A stretch of DNA of 64,000 bases. It comes from Mobula hypostoma (Eukaryota). The notes below the pieces were generated by a model. The model did not search any database. It was not told where the DNA came from and saw only the letters and a list, made by a program, of their open reading frames with translations. Each line of letters starts with the position of its first letter. The stretch's first letter is position 1. The stretch is from positions 85,066,001 to 85,130,000 of the forward strand of contig NC_086097.1 in the NCBI RefSeq assembly GCF_963921235.1, written 5' to 3'. The position numbers and the translations under genes are program-made. Positions 35,510 through 48,658 of this stretch are shown one piece after another.

Positions 35510-38500
35510 CGGGGAAGTACAGGGGCATAACTGCACAAGCGCATGGAGATCGGCCAGTGAGAACAGCGAGAAGAGTTTAAAAAGAAGACGGATTTATACA
35601 GCGGGCGTCAGAGTAGAGGGAGACAGAGTAGGAAGGCTTTGGCTGGACGGGGCTTCAGCGATAAAGGGTCAAGGCGAGGCAGGTTATCAGTGTAGAATAC
35701 AGACAGAAAGTATGTGTGTGAGGCTGGTTTTCTGTGCTCGGTGTCAGATGTGGGAGGTCCTGGAGACTCCCAGCCTCCTGGACGACCACATCTGCACCAG
35801 GTGTGTCGAGCTGCAGCTCCTTAGGGACCACGTTAGGGAACTGGAGATGCAGCTTGATGACCTTCGTCTGGTCAGGCAGAGTGAGGAGGTGATAAAGAGG
35901 AGCTATGCGCAGGTCGTCATTCCAGGGCCTGGGGAGACAGGGAAGTGGGTAACAGTCAGGAGAGGGAAGGGCAGCAGTCAGAGGCTAGAGAGTACCCCAG
36001 TGGCTGCCCCTTAACAATAAGTACCCCTGTTTGAGTACTGTTTGGGGGGGGGGGCGTGGATGGCCTACCTGGGGGAAGCAACAGTGGTTGCACCTCTAGC
36101 ACAGAGTCTGGCCCTGTGGCTTAAAAGGGTGGGGAAAGGAAGAGGACAGCAGCAGTGATAGGGGACTCTATAGTTTGGGGGGTCAGACAGTCAATTCTGT
36201 GGATGCAGGAAAGAAACGCAGATGGTAGTTTGCCTCTCAGGTGCCAGGGTCTGAGGTGTTTCCGATCGCGTCCATGATATCTTGAAGTAGGAAGGAAAAC
36301 AACCAGAGGTCGCGGTACATATTGGTACCAACGACATAGGCAGGAAAAGGGAGGAGGTCCTGAAAACAGACTACAGGGAGTTAGGAAGTTGAGAAGCAGG
36401 ACCTCAAAGGTAGTAATCTCGGGATTACTGCCAGTGCCATGTGACAGTGATTATAGGAATATAATGAGGTGGAGGATAAATGCGTGGCTGAGGGATCGGA
36501 GCAGGGGGCAGGTATTCAGATTTCTGGATCATTGGTACCTCTTTTGGGGCAGTTGTGACCTGTACAAAAAGGACAGGTTGCACTTGAATCCCAGGGGGAC
36601 CAATATCCTGGCAGGGAGGTTTGCTAAGGCTATTGGGGAAAGTTTAAACTAGGATTGTTGGGGGGTGGGAACCGAACTGAAGTGACGGAGGAAAGGCAGG
36701 TTGGCTCACAACTAGAGAAAGCTTGGAGACAGTGCGAAAGGGAGGATAGGCAGGCAATAGAGAAGGGATGTGCTCAGTCTGATGGTTTGAGATGTGTCTA
36801 TTTTAATGTGAGGAGTATTATGAACAAAGCGGATGAGCTTAGAGCATGGATCAGTACTTGGGACTATGATGTTGTGGCCATTACAGAGACTTGGATAGTG
36901 CAGGGGCAGGAATGACTACTTCAAGTGCCATGCTTTAGATATTAAAGAAAGGACAGGGAGGGAGGCAAAAGAGGTGGGGGCGTGGCACTGTTGATCAGAG
37001 ATAGTGTCATGGCTGCAGAAAAGGGAGAGGTCATGGAGGTGTTGTCTACGGAGTCCCTGTGGGTGGAAGTTAGGAATAGGAAGGTGTTAATAACTCTACT
37101 GAGTGTTTTTTATAGACCACCCAATAGTAACAGGGACATCGAGGAGCAGATAGGGAAACAGATTCTGCAAAGGTGTAATAACAACAGGGTTGTTGTGGTG
37201 AGAGATTTTAATTTCCCATATATTGATTGGTATCTCCCTAGACTGAGGGGTTTAGATGGGGTGGAGTTTGCTAGGTGTGTTCAGGAAGGTTTTTTGACGC
37301 AATATGTAGATAAACCTACAAGAGGAGAGGCTGTACTTGATCAGGTATTGGGAAATGATTGTGGTCAGGTGTCAGGTCTCTCATTGGGAGAGCATTTTGG
37401 AGATAGTGATCACAATTCTATCTCCTTTACCATGGCATTGGAGAGGGATTGGAACAGGCAAGTTAGGGAAACATTTAATTGAAATAATGGGAAATATGAG
37501 GCTATCAGGTAGGAACTTGGAAGCATAAATTGGAAACAGATGTTCTCAGGGAAATGTACAAAAGAAATGTGGCAAATGCTCAGGGAATACTTATGTGGGG
37601 TTCTGCATAGGTACGTTCCAATGAGACAGGGAAAGGATGATAGGGTACAGAAACTGTGGCGCACAAAGGCTGTTGTAAATCTAGTCAAGAAGCAAAAGAG
37701 CTTACGAAAGGTTCAAAAAACTAGGTAATGATAGAGATCCAGAAGATTATAAGGCAAGCAGAAAGGAGCTTAAGAATGAAATTAGGAGAGCCAGAAGGGG
37801 CCATGAGAAGGCCTTGGCGGACAGGATTAAGGAAAACCCCAAGGCATTCTGCAATATCTGAAGAGCAAGAGGATAAGATGTGAGAGAATAGGACCAACCA
37901 AGTGTTACAGAGGAGAAGTGTGTATGGAACCGGAGGAGATAGCAGACGTACTTAATGAATACTTTGCTTCAGTATTCACTATGGAAAAGGATTTTAGAGA
38001 TTGTAGGAATGACTTGCAGCAGACTTGCTTGAGCATGCAGATATTAAGGAAGAGGATGTGCTGGAGCTTTTGGAAAGCATCAAGTTGGATAAGTCAGCGG
38101 AACCGAACGGGATGAATCCCAAGCTACTGTGGTTAGCAAGGGAGGAGATTGCTGAGCCTCTGGCAATGATCTTTGCATCATCAATGAGGACGGGAGAGGT
38201 TCCGGAGGATTGGAGGGTTGCGGATGTTGTTCCCTTATTCAAGAAAGGGAGTAGAGATAGCCCAGGAAATTATAGACCAGTGAGTCTTACTTCAGGGAGG
38301 ATCCTGAGAAGCAGGATCACAGAAGCACTGTGAGGGTCATGTTTTTTGACTTCTCCAGTGTGTTCAATACCATCCGCCCTGCTCTGCTGGGGGAGAAGCT
38401 GACAGCGATGCAGGTGGATGCTTTCCTGGTGTCATGGATTCTTGATTACCTGACTGGCAGACCACGGTACGTGTGCTTGCAACACTGTGTATCCGACAGA

Positions 38501-40775
38501 GTGATCAGCAGCACTGGGGCTCCACAGGGGTCTGTCTTGTCTCCCTTTTTCTTCACCATTTACACCTCGGACTTCAACTACTGCACAGAGTCTTGTCATC
38601 TTCAGAAGTGTTCTGATGACTCTGCCATAGTTGGATGCATTAGCAAGGGAGATGAGGCTGAGTACAGGGCTACGGTAGGAAACTTTGTCACATGGTGCAG
38701 AATTATCTGCAGCTTAATGTGAAAAAGACTAAGGAGCTGGTGGTAGACCTGAGGAGAGCTAAGGTACCGGTGACCCCTGTTTCCATCCAGGGGAGTCAGT
38801 GTGGACATGGTGGAGGATTACAAATACCTGGGGATACAAATTGACAATAAACTGGACTGGTCAAAGAACACTGAGGCTGTCTACAAGAAGGGTCAGAGCC
38901 GTCTCCATTTCCTGAGGAGACTGAGGTCCTTTAACATCTGCCGGACGATGCTGAGGGTGTTCTACGAGTCTGTGGTGGCCAGTGCTATCATGTTTGCTGT
39001 TGTGTGCTGGGACAGCAGGCTGAGGGTAGCAGACATCAACAGAATCAACAAACTCATTCGTAAGGCCAGTGATGTTGTGGGGATGGAACTTGACTCTCTC
39101 ACGGTGGTGTCAAGTTGCACGCCATCTTGGACAATGTCTCCCATCCACTACATAATGTACTGGGAGGGCACAGGAGTACATTCAGCCAGAGACTCATTCC
39201 ACTGAGATGCAACACAGAGCATCATAGGAAGTCATTCCTGCCTGTGGCTATCAAACTTTACAACTCCTCCCTTGGAGGGTCAGACACCCTGAGCCAATAG
39301 GCTGGTCCTGGACTTATTTCATAATTTCCTGGCATAATTTACATATCACTATTTAACTAGTTATGGTTTTATTACTACTTATTATTTATGGTGCAACTGT
39401 AATGAAAACCAATTTCCCCCGGGATCAATAAAGTATGACTATGACTATGACTATGACTAGAATTTATGAATATTTGGAGAGGCATAATATGATTAGGAAT
39501 AGTCAGCATGGCTTTGTCAAAGGAAGGTTGTGCCTTATGAGCCTGATTGAATTTTTTGAGGATGTGACTAAACACATTGATGAAGGTAGAGCAGTAGATG
39601 TAGTGTATATGGATTTCAGCAAGGCATTTGATAAGGTACCCCATGCAAGGCTTATTGCGAAAGTAAGGAGGCATAGGATCCAAGGAGACATTGCTTTGTG
39701 GATCCAGAACTGGCTTGCCCACAGAAGGCAAAGAGTGGTTGTAGATGGGTCATATTCTTCATGGAGGTCGGTCACCAGTGTTGTGCCTTAGGGATCTGTT
39801 CTGCGACCCCTACTCTTCCTGATTTTTATAAATGACCTGGATGAGGAAGTGGAATGATGGGTTAGTAAATTTGCTGATGACACAAAGTTTGGGGGTGTTG
39901 TGGATAGTGTGGAGGGCTGTCAGAGGTTACAGCGGGACATTGGTAGGATACAAAACAGGGCTGAGAAGTGGCAGATGGAGTTCAACCCAAATAAGTGTGA
40001 GGTGGTTCATTTAGTAGGTCAAATATGATGGCAGAATATAGCATCAATGGTGAGACTCTTGGCAGTGTGGAAGATCAGAGGGATCTTGGGGTCCGAGTCC
40101 ATAGGATGCTTAAAGCAGCTACACAGGTTGACTCTGTGGTTAAGAAGGCATACGGTGCATTGGCCTTCATTAATCGTGGGATTGAGTTTAAGAGCCGAGA
40201 GGTAATGTTGCAGCTATATAGGACTCTGGTCAGACCCCACTTGCAATACTGTTCTCAGTTTTGGTCGCCTCACTACAGGAAGGATGTGGAAACCATAGAA
40301 AGGGTGCAGAGGACATTTTCAAGGATGTTGCCTGGATTGGGGAGTGTTCCTTATGAGAACAGTTTGAGTGAACTCAGCCTTTTCTCCTTGGAGCGATGGA
40401 AGATGAGAGGTGACCTGATAGATGTGTACAAGATAATGAGAGGCATTGATGTGTGGATAGTCAGAGGCTTTTTCCCAGGGCTGAAATGCCTAGCATGAGA
40501 GGGCATAGTATTAAGGTGCTTGGAAGTGGGTACAGGGGAGATGTCAGGGGTAAGTTTTTTCACGCAGAGAGTGGTGGGTGCGTGGAATGGGCTGCCAGCA
40601 GCTGTGGTGGAGGAAGAACGATATGGTCTTTGAAGAGACTCCAGGATAGGTACATGGAGCTTATAAAAATAGAGGGCTATGGGTAAGCCTAGGTAGTTCT
40701 AAGGTATTGATATGTTCGGCACAGCTTTGTGGGCTGAAGGGCCTGTATTATGCGGTAGGTTTTCTATGTTTCTAT
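35510..40775 (+). mobile_element. Near full-length CR1 LINE (ORF1 zinc finger/leucine zipper + SGNH esterase; ORF2 APE-RT), inactivated
   Basis: ORF1: C..C...H.C..C plus leucine zipper (35712), VIGDS, VHIGTND, DRLHLN; ORF2: YFNVRSI, ITETW, YRPPN, GDSDH, GNYRPVSLTS, SQHGF, MDFSKAFDKVPH, FADD, RGDLI; many stops/frameshifts; ttctatgtttctat tail. The 5' boundary is approximate. Confidence 0.92.
38318..39458 (+). mobile_element. Rex1/Babar-type LINE 3' portion nested in CR1 ORF2
   Basis: VMFFDFSSVFNTI, GAPQGSVLSPF, SDDSAIVG, YKYLG..DNKLDW, SRLHFLRRLRSF; ends AATAAAG(TATGAC)n; CR1 resumes after it (aggat / agaat junction). Confidence 0.9.
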
Positions 40776-41479
40776 CTTTCTTTCCTGGATTAGTCCATTT
40801 TCAGTCAATGAAATAAACAGAACTAAACAATCACGTCTAGTTCAGGCAACAGTATTCACCGCCAAAACTTGCCTCTTAATCAGAAGCAACATCTGACAAC
40901 AGTTTCCAATCTAGATGGATGTGGAGTCCCTCTTGGGTTATTAACCATATATTACCATTGCACACTTCCTTTGGGATCAGTACAGTGTGATTGACTACTC
41001 TCAGCCCCACAGATCTTCCTTCTCAAACGTATTGATCTTTGCCTTTTAAATTTATCAGTACACCCTGGCTTTGGAGATGTTGTTAACATAATGAAGACTT
41101 GTGGGGTAAGCTGCAATCCTTAAAGCAAAACGTGCCCATTATTTTATTGGAAAGTTACAGTGTAGTATTTACGTTTGTGCTATTTAATACTTGAATCAAG
41201 TCCACAATGTTGATATGCTAGTAATCCTGTTAGAAATTGTACAAGCAATGGTGTCACGTAATCATCTATTTTAAACCTAACAAGAACTTTGAATGTCATG
41301 GAGGTCATTTTCTCAGGTGTCAAACAGGAAGCCTTTGAGCGGCTGTAATTCTGTATTAGAATGAAAAGCCCAGTTGCTCGTGGTCAGATTGTGTTACTGA
41401 AGTTTTAGCTGTGTTAACACCAGCTGCAAATTAAACCAGTGAAACTGTTCTTGCGCATCTGCCAGTATCCTTTGCTTCC

Positions 41480-43000
41480 TTTTACTGAGCTGATACTCCA
41501 TAAATCCAAGAGCTTCCACCTTTTCAATGTGTCTCTGTGGTAGGACTTTGTGAAATGCCTCGTAAAATTCTCCGCTGGCATCAACTGTGGTACTTTGATC
41601 GACTCTCTGTGAAGTGGCATTAAGAAGGTACAGTCTAATTAATTTGACTGAATATACACTGGTTCTTATTTTTAACTCACACCTTCTGAATATAAGCTTA
41701 TCTTGCTCCTATTGATGATTTGCAGTGACAATTGTTCCACCAATGTTTGATCGGTAAACCTGTGGTTTCTTGATTATTGCCCTCTCTGAGAACAGCTTAA
41801 CGTTAGCAACCCTCCCCTGCTCTGCAATCCAGTTTTGAGATCAGAAATTTAGTCCTGTGCCTCTATTACTTCAACCCCTGCTCCTTTAGCAGGCTTGCCT
41901 GTTGACCCTCCCTACCAATGATCCTTTTAACGTTTTCCCTTTTACAATTCTGTCTATAAACGTGTAGAGCAAAAAAAAAGCAGGTACTGAAAGTCTAAAA
42001 TAAAATTAGAAAAGTGTGGGGTAACACATCAGGTCAAGCCAATGAGATTTCACCTTCTGCATGAAAGGTCATCAACTTGAAACAGTAACTGTTTATCTTT
42101 CACAGCTACATCCTGGCCTGCTGCATATGTCCTACATTTAGTGTCCATAAATTTATTCTCTTTCTTTGTAACCCTCACATCATCCGGATCCTCTCTGAAG
42201 ACTCATGCTCAGTTTTGCCTTCTATCTTTGCAGGAACATTTTCTTTAAGAACTTTAATAATAGCCCATTTTTCTCCCATTATTCTCTTCTATTTTGTTTT
42301 GTATATAAATTGTTTCAAAGTTCAACATTGCCTTTTCATCCTTTCTCATATTTTTTTTGCCTTCTGCACTTGGATTAAACTTCTTGGTTTTAACTTACTC
42401 TTACTGCTGATATTTGCCACAAGGCTGCATTTTTTTTACTATAATGTTTAAATTTTTATTTCCAGGGCAGATTAACTTTGGGTAATCTTCCTTCCGCTTT
42501 GAAAATAATATGCCAAGTTGTATCCAAACTCTCTCTTCCCCGAATGTCTCTTAGCTCTTACCCTGCATTCACCTTTTCTTCACTATCACTCCGCATACAT
42601 GCTTGTCACTGATATGTTCCGACCTAATTAACACAAACTGTAAAATGCTGTGTTCACCATTCGCTTGAAAGCTGAAGGGCTGCATCAGGGCATACTGTGA
42701 TTTTTCCAGTCTGCACTGAGATAATTAAAGCCTCCTAATCATGCAACTTAATTTTTATTACACTTCTTTGTAATGTGCCAACCGATTTGCTCAACCATCT
42801 CACTGTTTGGAACTCTAATAAATAAAAACAACCTTCCTCTCTATTCATCATATCCAGCCAGATATTTTCAATCCTCTTTCAATACATGTATCCCTTTTAT
42901 TGATAACAGAAACATCATTCTTAACATCCTGTCAATACTCCCTCTGCTTCCTTCTTGGAAACAGGATTATGAAGAAACTATTCCTGACCTTGTTTGAGAA
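41480..43000 (-). mobile_element. Ancient CR1 ORF2 remnant
   Basis: Scattered reverse-complement CR1 RT motifs (e.g. ggactttgtgaaatgcc reads AF.KV); heavily eroded. Confidence 0.45.
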
Positions 43001-43114
43001 ATTTATGCTGCAGCTCTGATAATCTGTGTAATTTAATACCTCCTTTACTGAATTAGATGTTTTCTCATTCTGATCTTCGTACTCTGTAGGAGGTTATTAA
43101 TTTTTCCACAAACC

Positions 43115-43495
43115 TGATGGCAGGAATATTGATTTCTCCTTCTGGTGAACAAATGTCTTCGCCTACCCCTCCATCTATTTCCCACTTTGACCTTTCACTT
43201 CCTCTCACCTGCATATTATTTCCCCTGGGTCCCTTCTGCTTCCCTTTCTCCTATTGTCCACTCTTCTCTCCTGTCACGTGCTTTCTTCTCCAGCCCTTGA
43301 CCTTGCCCACCCACCTGACTTCACATATCACCCTCTGGCTATCATCTCTCCCCTCCCCCCCAGCTTTTTATTCTGACATCTTCCCCCTTCCTTCTCAGTC
43401 CTGAAGAAGGGTTTTGGTCTGAAATGTCAACTGTTTATTATTTTCCATAGATGCTGCCTGACCTGCTGAGTTCCTCCAGCATTTTGTGTGTGTTG
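43115..43495 (+). mobile_element. Older PLE terminal repeat with hammerhead-like motif (~43397-43432)
   Basis: cctgatggcaggaatattgatttctc (PDG.NIDFS), pyrimidine tract, agtcCTGAAGA...GAAAtgtc. Confidence 0.75.
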
Positions 43496-43687
43496 ATTCT
43501 AATTTTTCTCCTGCTTCTATAATACCTGAAGTTAGGATCACAGAATCAAAAAGCATAAAAAAAAAACTTTCAACCACTCAGTCTGCACCATCAAACATTC
43601 ATTTATCCTGTTCCGGTCCCATTTTATTCTTTCCAAATTTCCCATCAGTTCTCCTATATTCACTACTTACTTCTATACATTGGTGGC

Positions 43688-44288
43688 ACTGAGGCTGTCT
43701 ACAAGAAGTGTCAGAGCCGTCTCTATTTCCTGAGGAGACTGAGGTCCTTTAACATCTGCCGGACAATGCTGAGGATGTTCTACGAGTCTATGGAGGCCAG
43801 TGCTATCATGTTTGCTGTTGTGTGCTGGGGCAGCAGGCTGAGGGTAGCAGACACCAACAGAATCAACAAACTCATTCGTAAGGCCAATGATGTTGTGGGG
43901 ATGGAACTGGACTTTCTCACGGTGGTGTCTGAAAAGAGGATGCTGTCCAAGTTGCATGCCATCTTGGTCAATGTCTCCCATCCACTACATAATGTACTGG
44001 GTGGGCACAGGAGTACATTCAGCCAGAGACTCATTCCACCGAGATGCAAAACAGAGCGTCATAGGAAGTCATTCCTGCCTGTGGCCATCAAACTTTACAA
44101 CTCCTCCCTTGGAGGGTCAGACACCCTGAGCCAATAGGCTGGTCCTGGACTTATTTCATAATTTCCTGGCATAATTTACATGTTACTATTTAACTATTTA
44201 TGGTTTTATTACTATTTATTATTTATGGTGCAACTGTAACGAAAACCAATTTCCCCCGGGATCAATAAAGTATGACTATGACTATGAC
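43688..44288 (+). mobile_element. Rex1/Babar-type LINE 3' end (second copy)
   Basis: Near-identical to 38870-39458, same (TATGAC)n tail. Confidence 0.9.
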
Positions 44289-45761
44289 TTACCATGATCA
44301 ATAACCGACCAACCTGCATGAATTTGGACTGTCAGAGCACCCAAAGGAAATCAATTGTTTTAGGAATCTGATGCAGAACTATCCACTGGGCCTGAGTGTA
44401 CTTGAAGCCTTGATGCTCAGGAAGTTGCTGTGAGAAAAGATGCTGATGTTGAATTTAGAAGTTTTGGTTGTATCTCTTCAATCTTTTGACTTGTCTGATA
44501 TAGGTTCCATGGCTATCACAAACACAGGCTTATTGGGATGACAGCCCAGTAGACTGAAGTTTTGTACCATATTAGAGGACTCTGGGAGTAATCTGGGAGC
44601 ACTCTATGACAGGCATTCCCTCAGTACTCCCCACTCCCCACCCCTCCCCTCCCTGCAACCTAATATGCTTACTTCCTTGCTTTTCCTCTTCTGAAGGGGG
44701 TTCTGAGGGTGCTAGTACTGCTTTACTATTTGATTTGATGATTTAATTTGTTTTTGGTTCTCTTGATAGGCTAGTCACAATTTAGCCTTAGGGATGTTAT
44801 AAGAGTACGGCTGAATTCAAATATATTGTAAAGGTCCGGAGAGGATATTTGTTTTGCTTACCTGCAGTGGAACAGCAGATTGCTCACTCCTGAGGCACTA
44901 ATTCACTACCTGCATAATGTGAAGCTTGGTACAAAGCGTGTTCTGTTATGTGGTGAGCAAGAGTAAAGAGACAAATTGCAGCATTCGTAGCCAGCTGTCC
45001 CTCGTGTATCCAGCTCTATTACCCCACCTGACAGATCATCCCAAAGACGATTTAGAAAGGGTAAGGCTCATTGAAAACATGTGTGAAGTTATTAGTGCCC
45101 CCGTAGTTGACTGCTTTAAATTGAGTTAAAATAATCTATAAACATTACACTCAAAAAAGATTAAGCAGTTGCACTCCAAAAATGAGAAGGGTTAAAACGC
45201 AATTCATTTTAAAACCATGTGAGTGAGAGTTATTGAGAGAGAGAGAGAGAGAAAGAGAAAGAAAAAAATCTCATTTTCAGTGTCATTTTAACCTGGCTCC
45301 CCTGCGGAGAAAGCATGAAATTCAAATCCAGTGAGCTAGAACACGAGGGGAGATGCCAGGGAGTGCTATTCACAGTATCCCAGCCCAGGAAGCTCTGAAG
45401 CTCAGCAGTTTCTCTAGCTCGGATTTGATGCTCATTGTTGTAGATTGATGGAAAGTGAACAGAGAGTATGGCAGAGATTCTGCAACAGGAGGGAATCTGC
45501 AGATGCTGGAATTTCAAGCAACACACATAAAAGTTGCTGGTGAATGCAGGCCAAGCAGCATCTCTAGGAAGAGGTACAGCTGGCCTGCTGCGTTCACCAG
45601 CAACTTTTATGTGTGCTGGCAGAGATTCTGTATAATTTTCTAACTGGCATTCCTGGCAAGAACCGTTCCTTGTTCAGAACGCCCCGAAAGAAATCAGCCA
45701 TCCAAACTCAAAGTTCAAAGTAAAATTTATTATCAGAGTACATACACGTCACCACATACAA

Positions 45762-46157
45762 TTACTACTACTACTCTGTCAACTCAGGCCTAGGGGGCAG
45801 GCGTCGGGCACAATGACGGACTCTCCACCTCTCCCTCTCCCTCATCAGTGTGTTCAGTTCATCTACATTAGCCGCGCCACTGTCTTCTAGGAGCGTGTTG
45901 ACCATAGTCTTGGGAGGGGGCCCAGGGTTCATCCTCCCGTGCTTGGGCTCCCATATGATGACTAGGCTGGCAGGTAGCTCGGGCTGGCATAGACAGTGCC
46001 CCGCTAGTTGCAGTCTTCTCGCCTGATTTTAGTGGTATGCATCGGTAGGTTGTTATAGAGCTTGATGTTCATCATGTGCTGTTGTCAACTCACATCAAGA
46101 GCCATCCGGAGCATTCGTGTATAGCAACCATCCAGAGACTTTCGCATCCCCGAGACG
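45762..46157 (-). mobile_element. RTE-like LINE 3' fragment nested in a LINE tail
   Basis: LDGCYTRMLRMAL.VS, LAGHC, WEPKHG...GRP.KT motifs; (TAG)n tail; TACAA at both junctions (45757-45761, 46158-46162). Confidence 0.7.
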
Positions 46158-47047
46158 TACAACCCCAAGACACTTCCTGCAGGCATATTTAGCAGATCTA
46201 TAGAACAATAACTGTAAACAAGATGAATAAACAACCATCCGCACAAATGCAAATATAAATAAACAGCAATAAATAATGAGCATGAAATAACAAGATAAAG
46301 AGTCTTTAAAGTGAGGCCATTGGTTGTGGGAACACCAGAAGTAGAATGAGTGTACAATAGTTATCCCCTTTTGTTCAAGAACCTAATGGCTGAGGGGCAG
46401 TGACTGTTCTTGAACGTTGTGATGCAAGTCCTGAGGCTCTTGTATCTTCTACCTGATGACAACAGCAAGAAAAGAGCATGGCCTGGGTGGTGAGGATCTT
46501 TGATGATGGATGCTGTTTTTCTATGGCAGCATTTCATGTAGATGTGCTCAATGGTTGGGAGTGTTTAACCTGAAATGTACTGGGCCAAATACACTACCTT
46601 CTGTAGGATTTTCTGCTCAAAGGAAATTGGTGTTCCCATACCAGACCATAATGCAGCCAGTCAGCACACTTTACACCACACATCTGTGAAAGTTTGCCAA
46701 GGTTTCTGATGACATGCCGAAGCTCTGCACACTCCGGAGGAAGCAGGGGCACTGCCGTGCTTTCTTTGCAATTATATGAAATAATGGGTCCAGGACAGGT
46801 CCTCTGCGATAGTAACACCCGGGAATTTAAAGTTACTGACTCTCTCCACCTCCAATCCTCCGTTGATTAGTGGCTTATGGAGCTCTGGTTTTCCTCTCCT
46901 GAAGTCCACAACCAGTTCCTTGGTCTTATTGACATCGAGTGAGAGGTTGTTGTTACTACACCACTCAGCCAAACTTTGAATCTTGTATGCTGATTCATCA
47001 CCACCTTTGACACAGCCCACAACAGTGCTGTCATCAGCAAACTTGTA

Positions 47048-48658
47048 CAGTTCCTATAAAAAGTATTCACCCTCCTTGGAAGTTTTATGTTTTAAAACAT
47101 TGAATCACAATGGATTTAATTTGGCTTTGTTGACACTGATCAACAGAAAAAGACTCTTTCGTGTCAAAGTGAAAACAGATCTCTACAAAGTGATCTAAAT
47201 TAATTACAAATATAAAACAGAAAATAATTGATTTTATAAGTATTCACTCCCCTTCAATACGACTCACCAAATCATCACTGGTGCAGCCAATTGGTTTTAG
47301 AAGTCACATAATTTGTTATGTGGACATCACTGTGTGCAGCCAAGGAGTTTAAATTGATTGTAGTAAAAATACACCTGTATCTGGAGGGTCCAACTGCTGG
47401 TGAGTCAGTATCCTGGCAAAAACCACAGCATGAAGACAAAAGAACACTCCAAGCAACTCTGTGAAAAGGTCATTGAAACACTCAAGTCAGGAGATGGATA
47501 CAAGTCCCAAATCACTGAATGTCATCGGAGTACAGTTAAGTCAAATCATCAAGAAATGGAGAGAATATGGCACAGCTGTAAATCTGCCAAGAGCAGACTG
47601 TCCTCAAAAACTGAGTGACCATGCAAGTAGAGGACTAGTGAGGGAGGCCACCAAGAGACCTATGATAATTCTGCTGGAGTTACAAGTTTCAAAAGCTGAG
47701 ATGGGAGAGACTGCACATTCAAAAACTGTTGCCTGGGTACTTCACTAGTCATATTGTTATGGGAGAGTGGGAAAGAGAAAGCCAGTGTTGAAAAAAACTC
47801 ACATGAGATCTTGGCTAGAGTTTGCCAGAAGGAATGTGGGAGACTCTGAAGTCAGCTGGAAGAAATTTCTATGGTTTGATGAAACCCAAATTGAGCTTTT
47901 TGGCCACCAGACTAAATGCAATGTTTGGTGTAAGCCGAACACCACACATCATCAAAGACACACCATCCCCACCGTGAAGCATGGTGGTGGCTGCATCATG
48001 CTGTGGGGATGCTTCACTGCAGCAGGCCCTGGAAGGCTTGTGAAGATAGAAGGTAAAATGAATGCAGCAAAATACAGGGAAATCTTGAAGGAAAACTTGA
48101 TGCAGTGTGCAAGAGAACTGCAACTTGGGAGACGATTTGTTTTTTTAGCAGGATATTGACCCCAAGCATAAAGCCAAAGCTACACAGGAATGGCTTAAAA
48201 ACAACAAAGTTAATGTCCTGGAGTGGCCAAGTCAGATTTCAGACCTCAATACAATTGAGAATTTGTTGTTGGGCTTGAAAAGGACTGTTTGCTCAAGATC
48301 CCCATGCATTCTGACTGGGCTTGAACAGTTTTATAAAGAAGAATGGGGGAAAAACTACAGTATCCAGACTTGCAAAGCTGACCTATCCACACAGACTCAA
48401 GGCTATAATTGCCAAAGGTACATCTACTAAATACTGACTTGAAGGGGGTGAATACTTACACAATCAATTATTTTGTGTTTCATATTTGTGATTAATATAG
48501 ATCACTTTGTAGAAATCTGTTTTCACTTTGATATGAAAGAGTCTTTTTCTGTTGATCAGATTCAAAAAAGCCAAATTAAATCCACTGTGATTCAATGTTG
48601 TAAAACAATAAAACATGAAAACTTCTGGGGGGGGGGTGAATATTTTTTATAGGCACTG
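47048..48658 (+). mobile_element. Tc1-like DNA transposon, IR/DR type, full length (1.6 kb), inactivated
   Basis: TA|CAGTTCCTATAAAAAGTATTCACCC ... GGGTGAATATTTTTTATAGGCACTG|TA; ~210 bp TIRs with an inner AAGTATTCAC repeat; TA TSD. Confidence 0.95.
47430..48437 (+). pseudogene. Tc1 transposase pseudogene
   Basis: MKTKEHSKQL, IIKKW..YGT..NLPR, RKPVLKK.H, WFDETQIELFG, PTVKHGGGCIMLWGCF, QDIDPKH, WPSQ..DLN.IENL, KGTSTKY*; several frameshifts/stops. Confidence 0.92.

Noticed and set aside
39434..39458. Short tandem repeats ((TATGAC)n, (ATCTA)n, 57 bp duplication) as CRISPR-like arrays
   Set aside because: No unique spacers; these are retroposon tails or a local duplication in a eukaryotic genome.
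44861..44908. Minus-strand exon-like segment with CAG|gtaagc donor
   Set aside because: Stops in all three frames; it could be non-coding but nothing else supports it.
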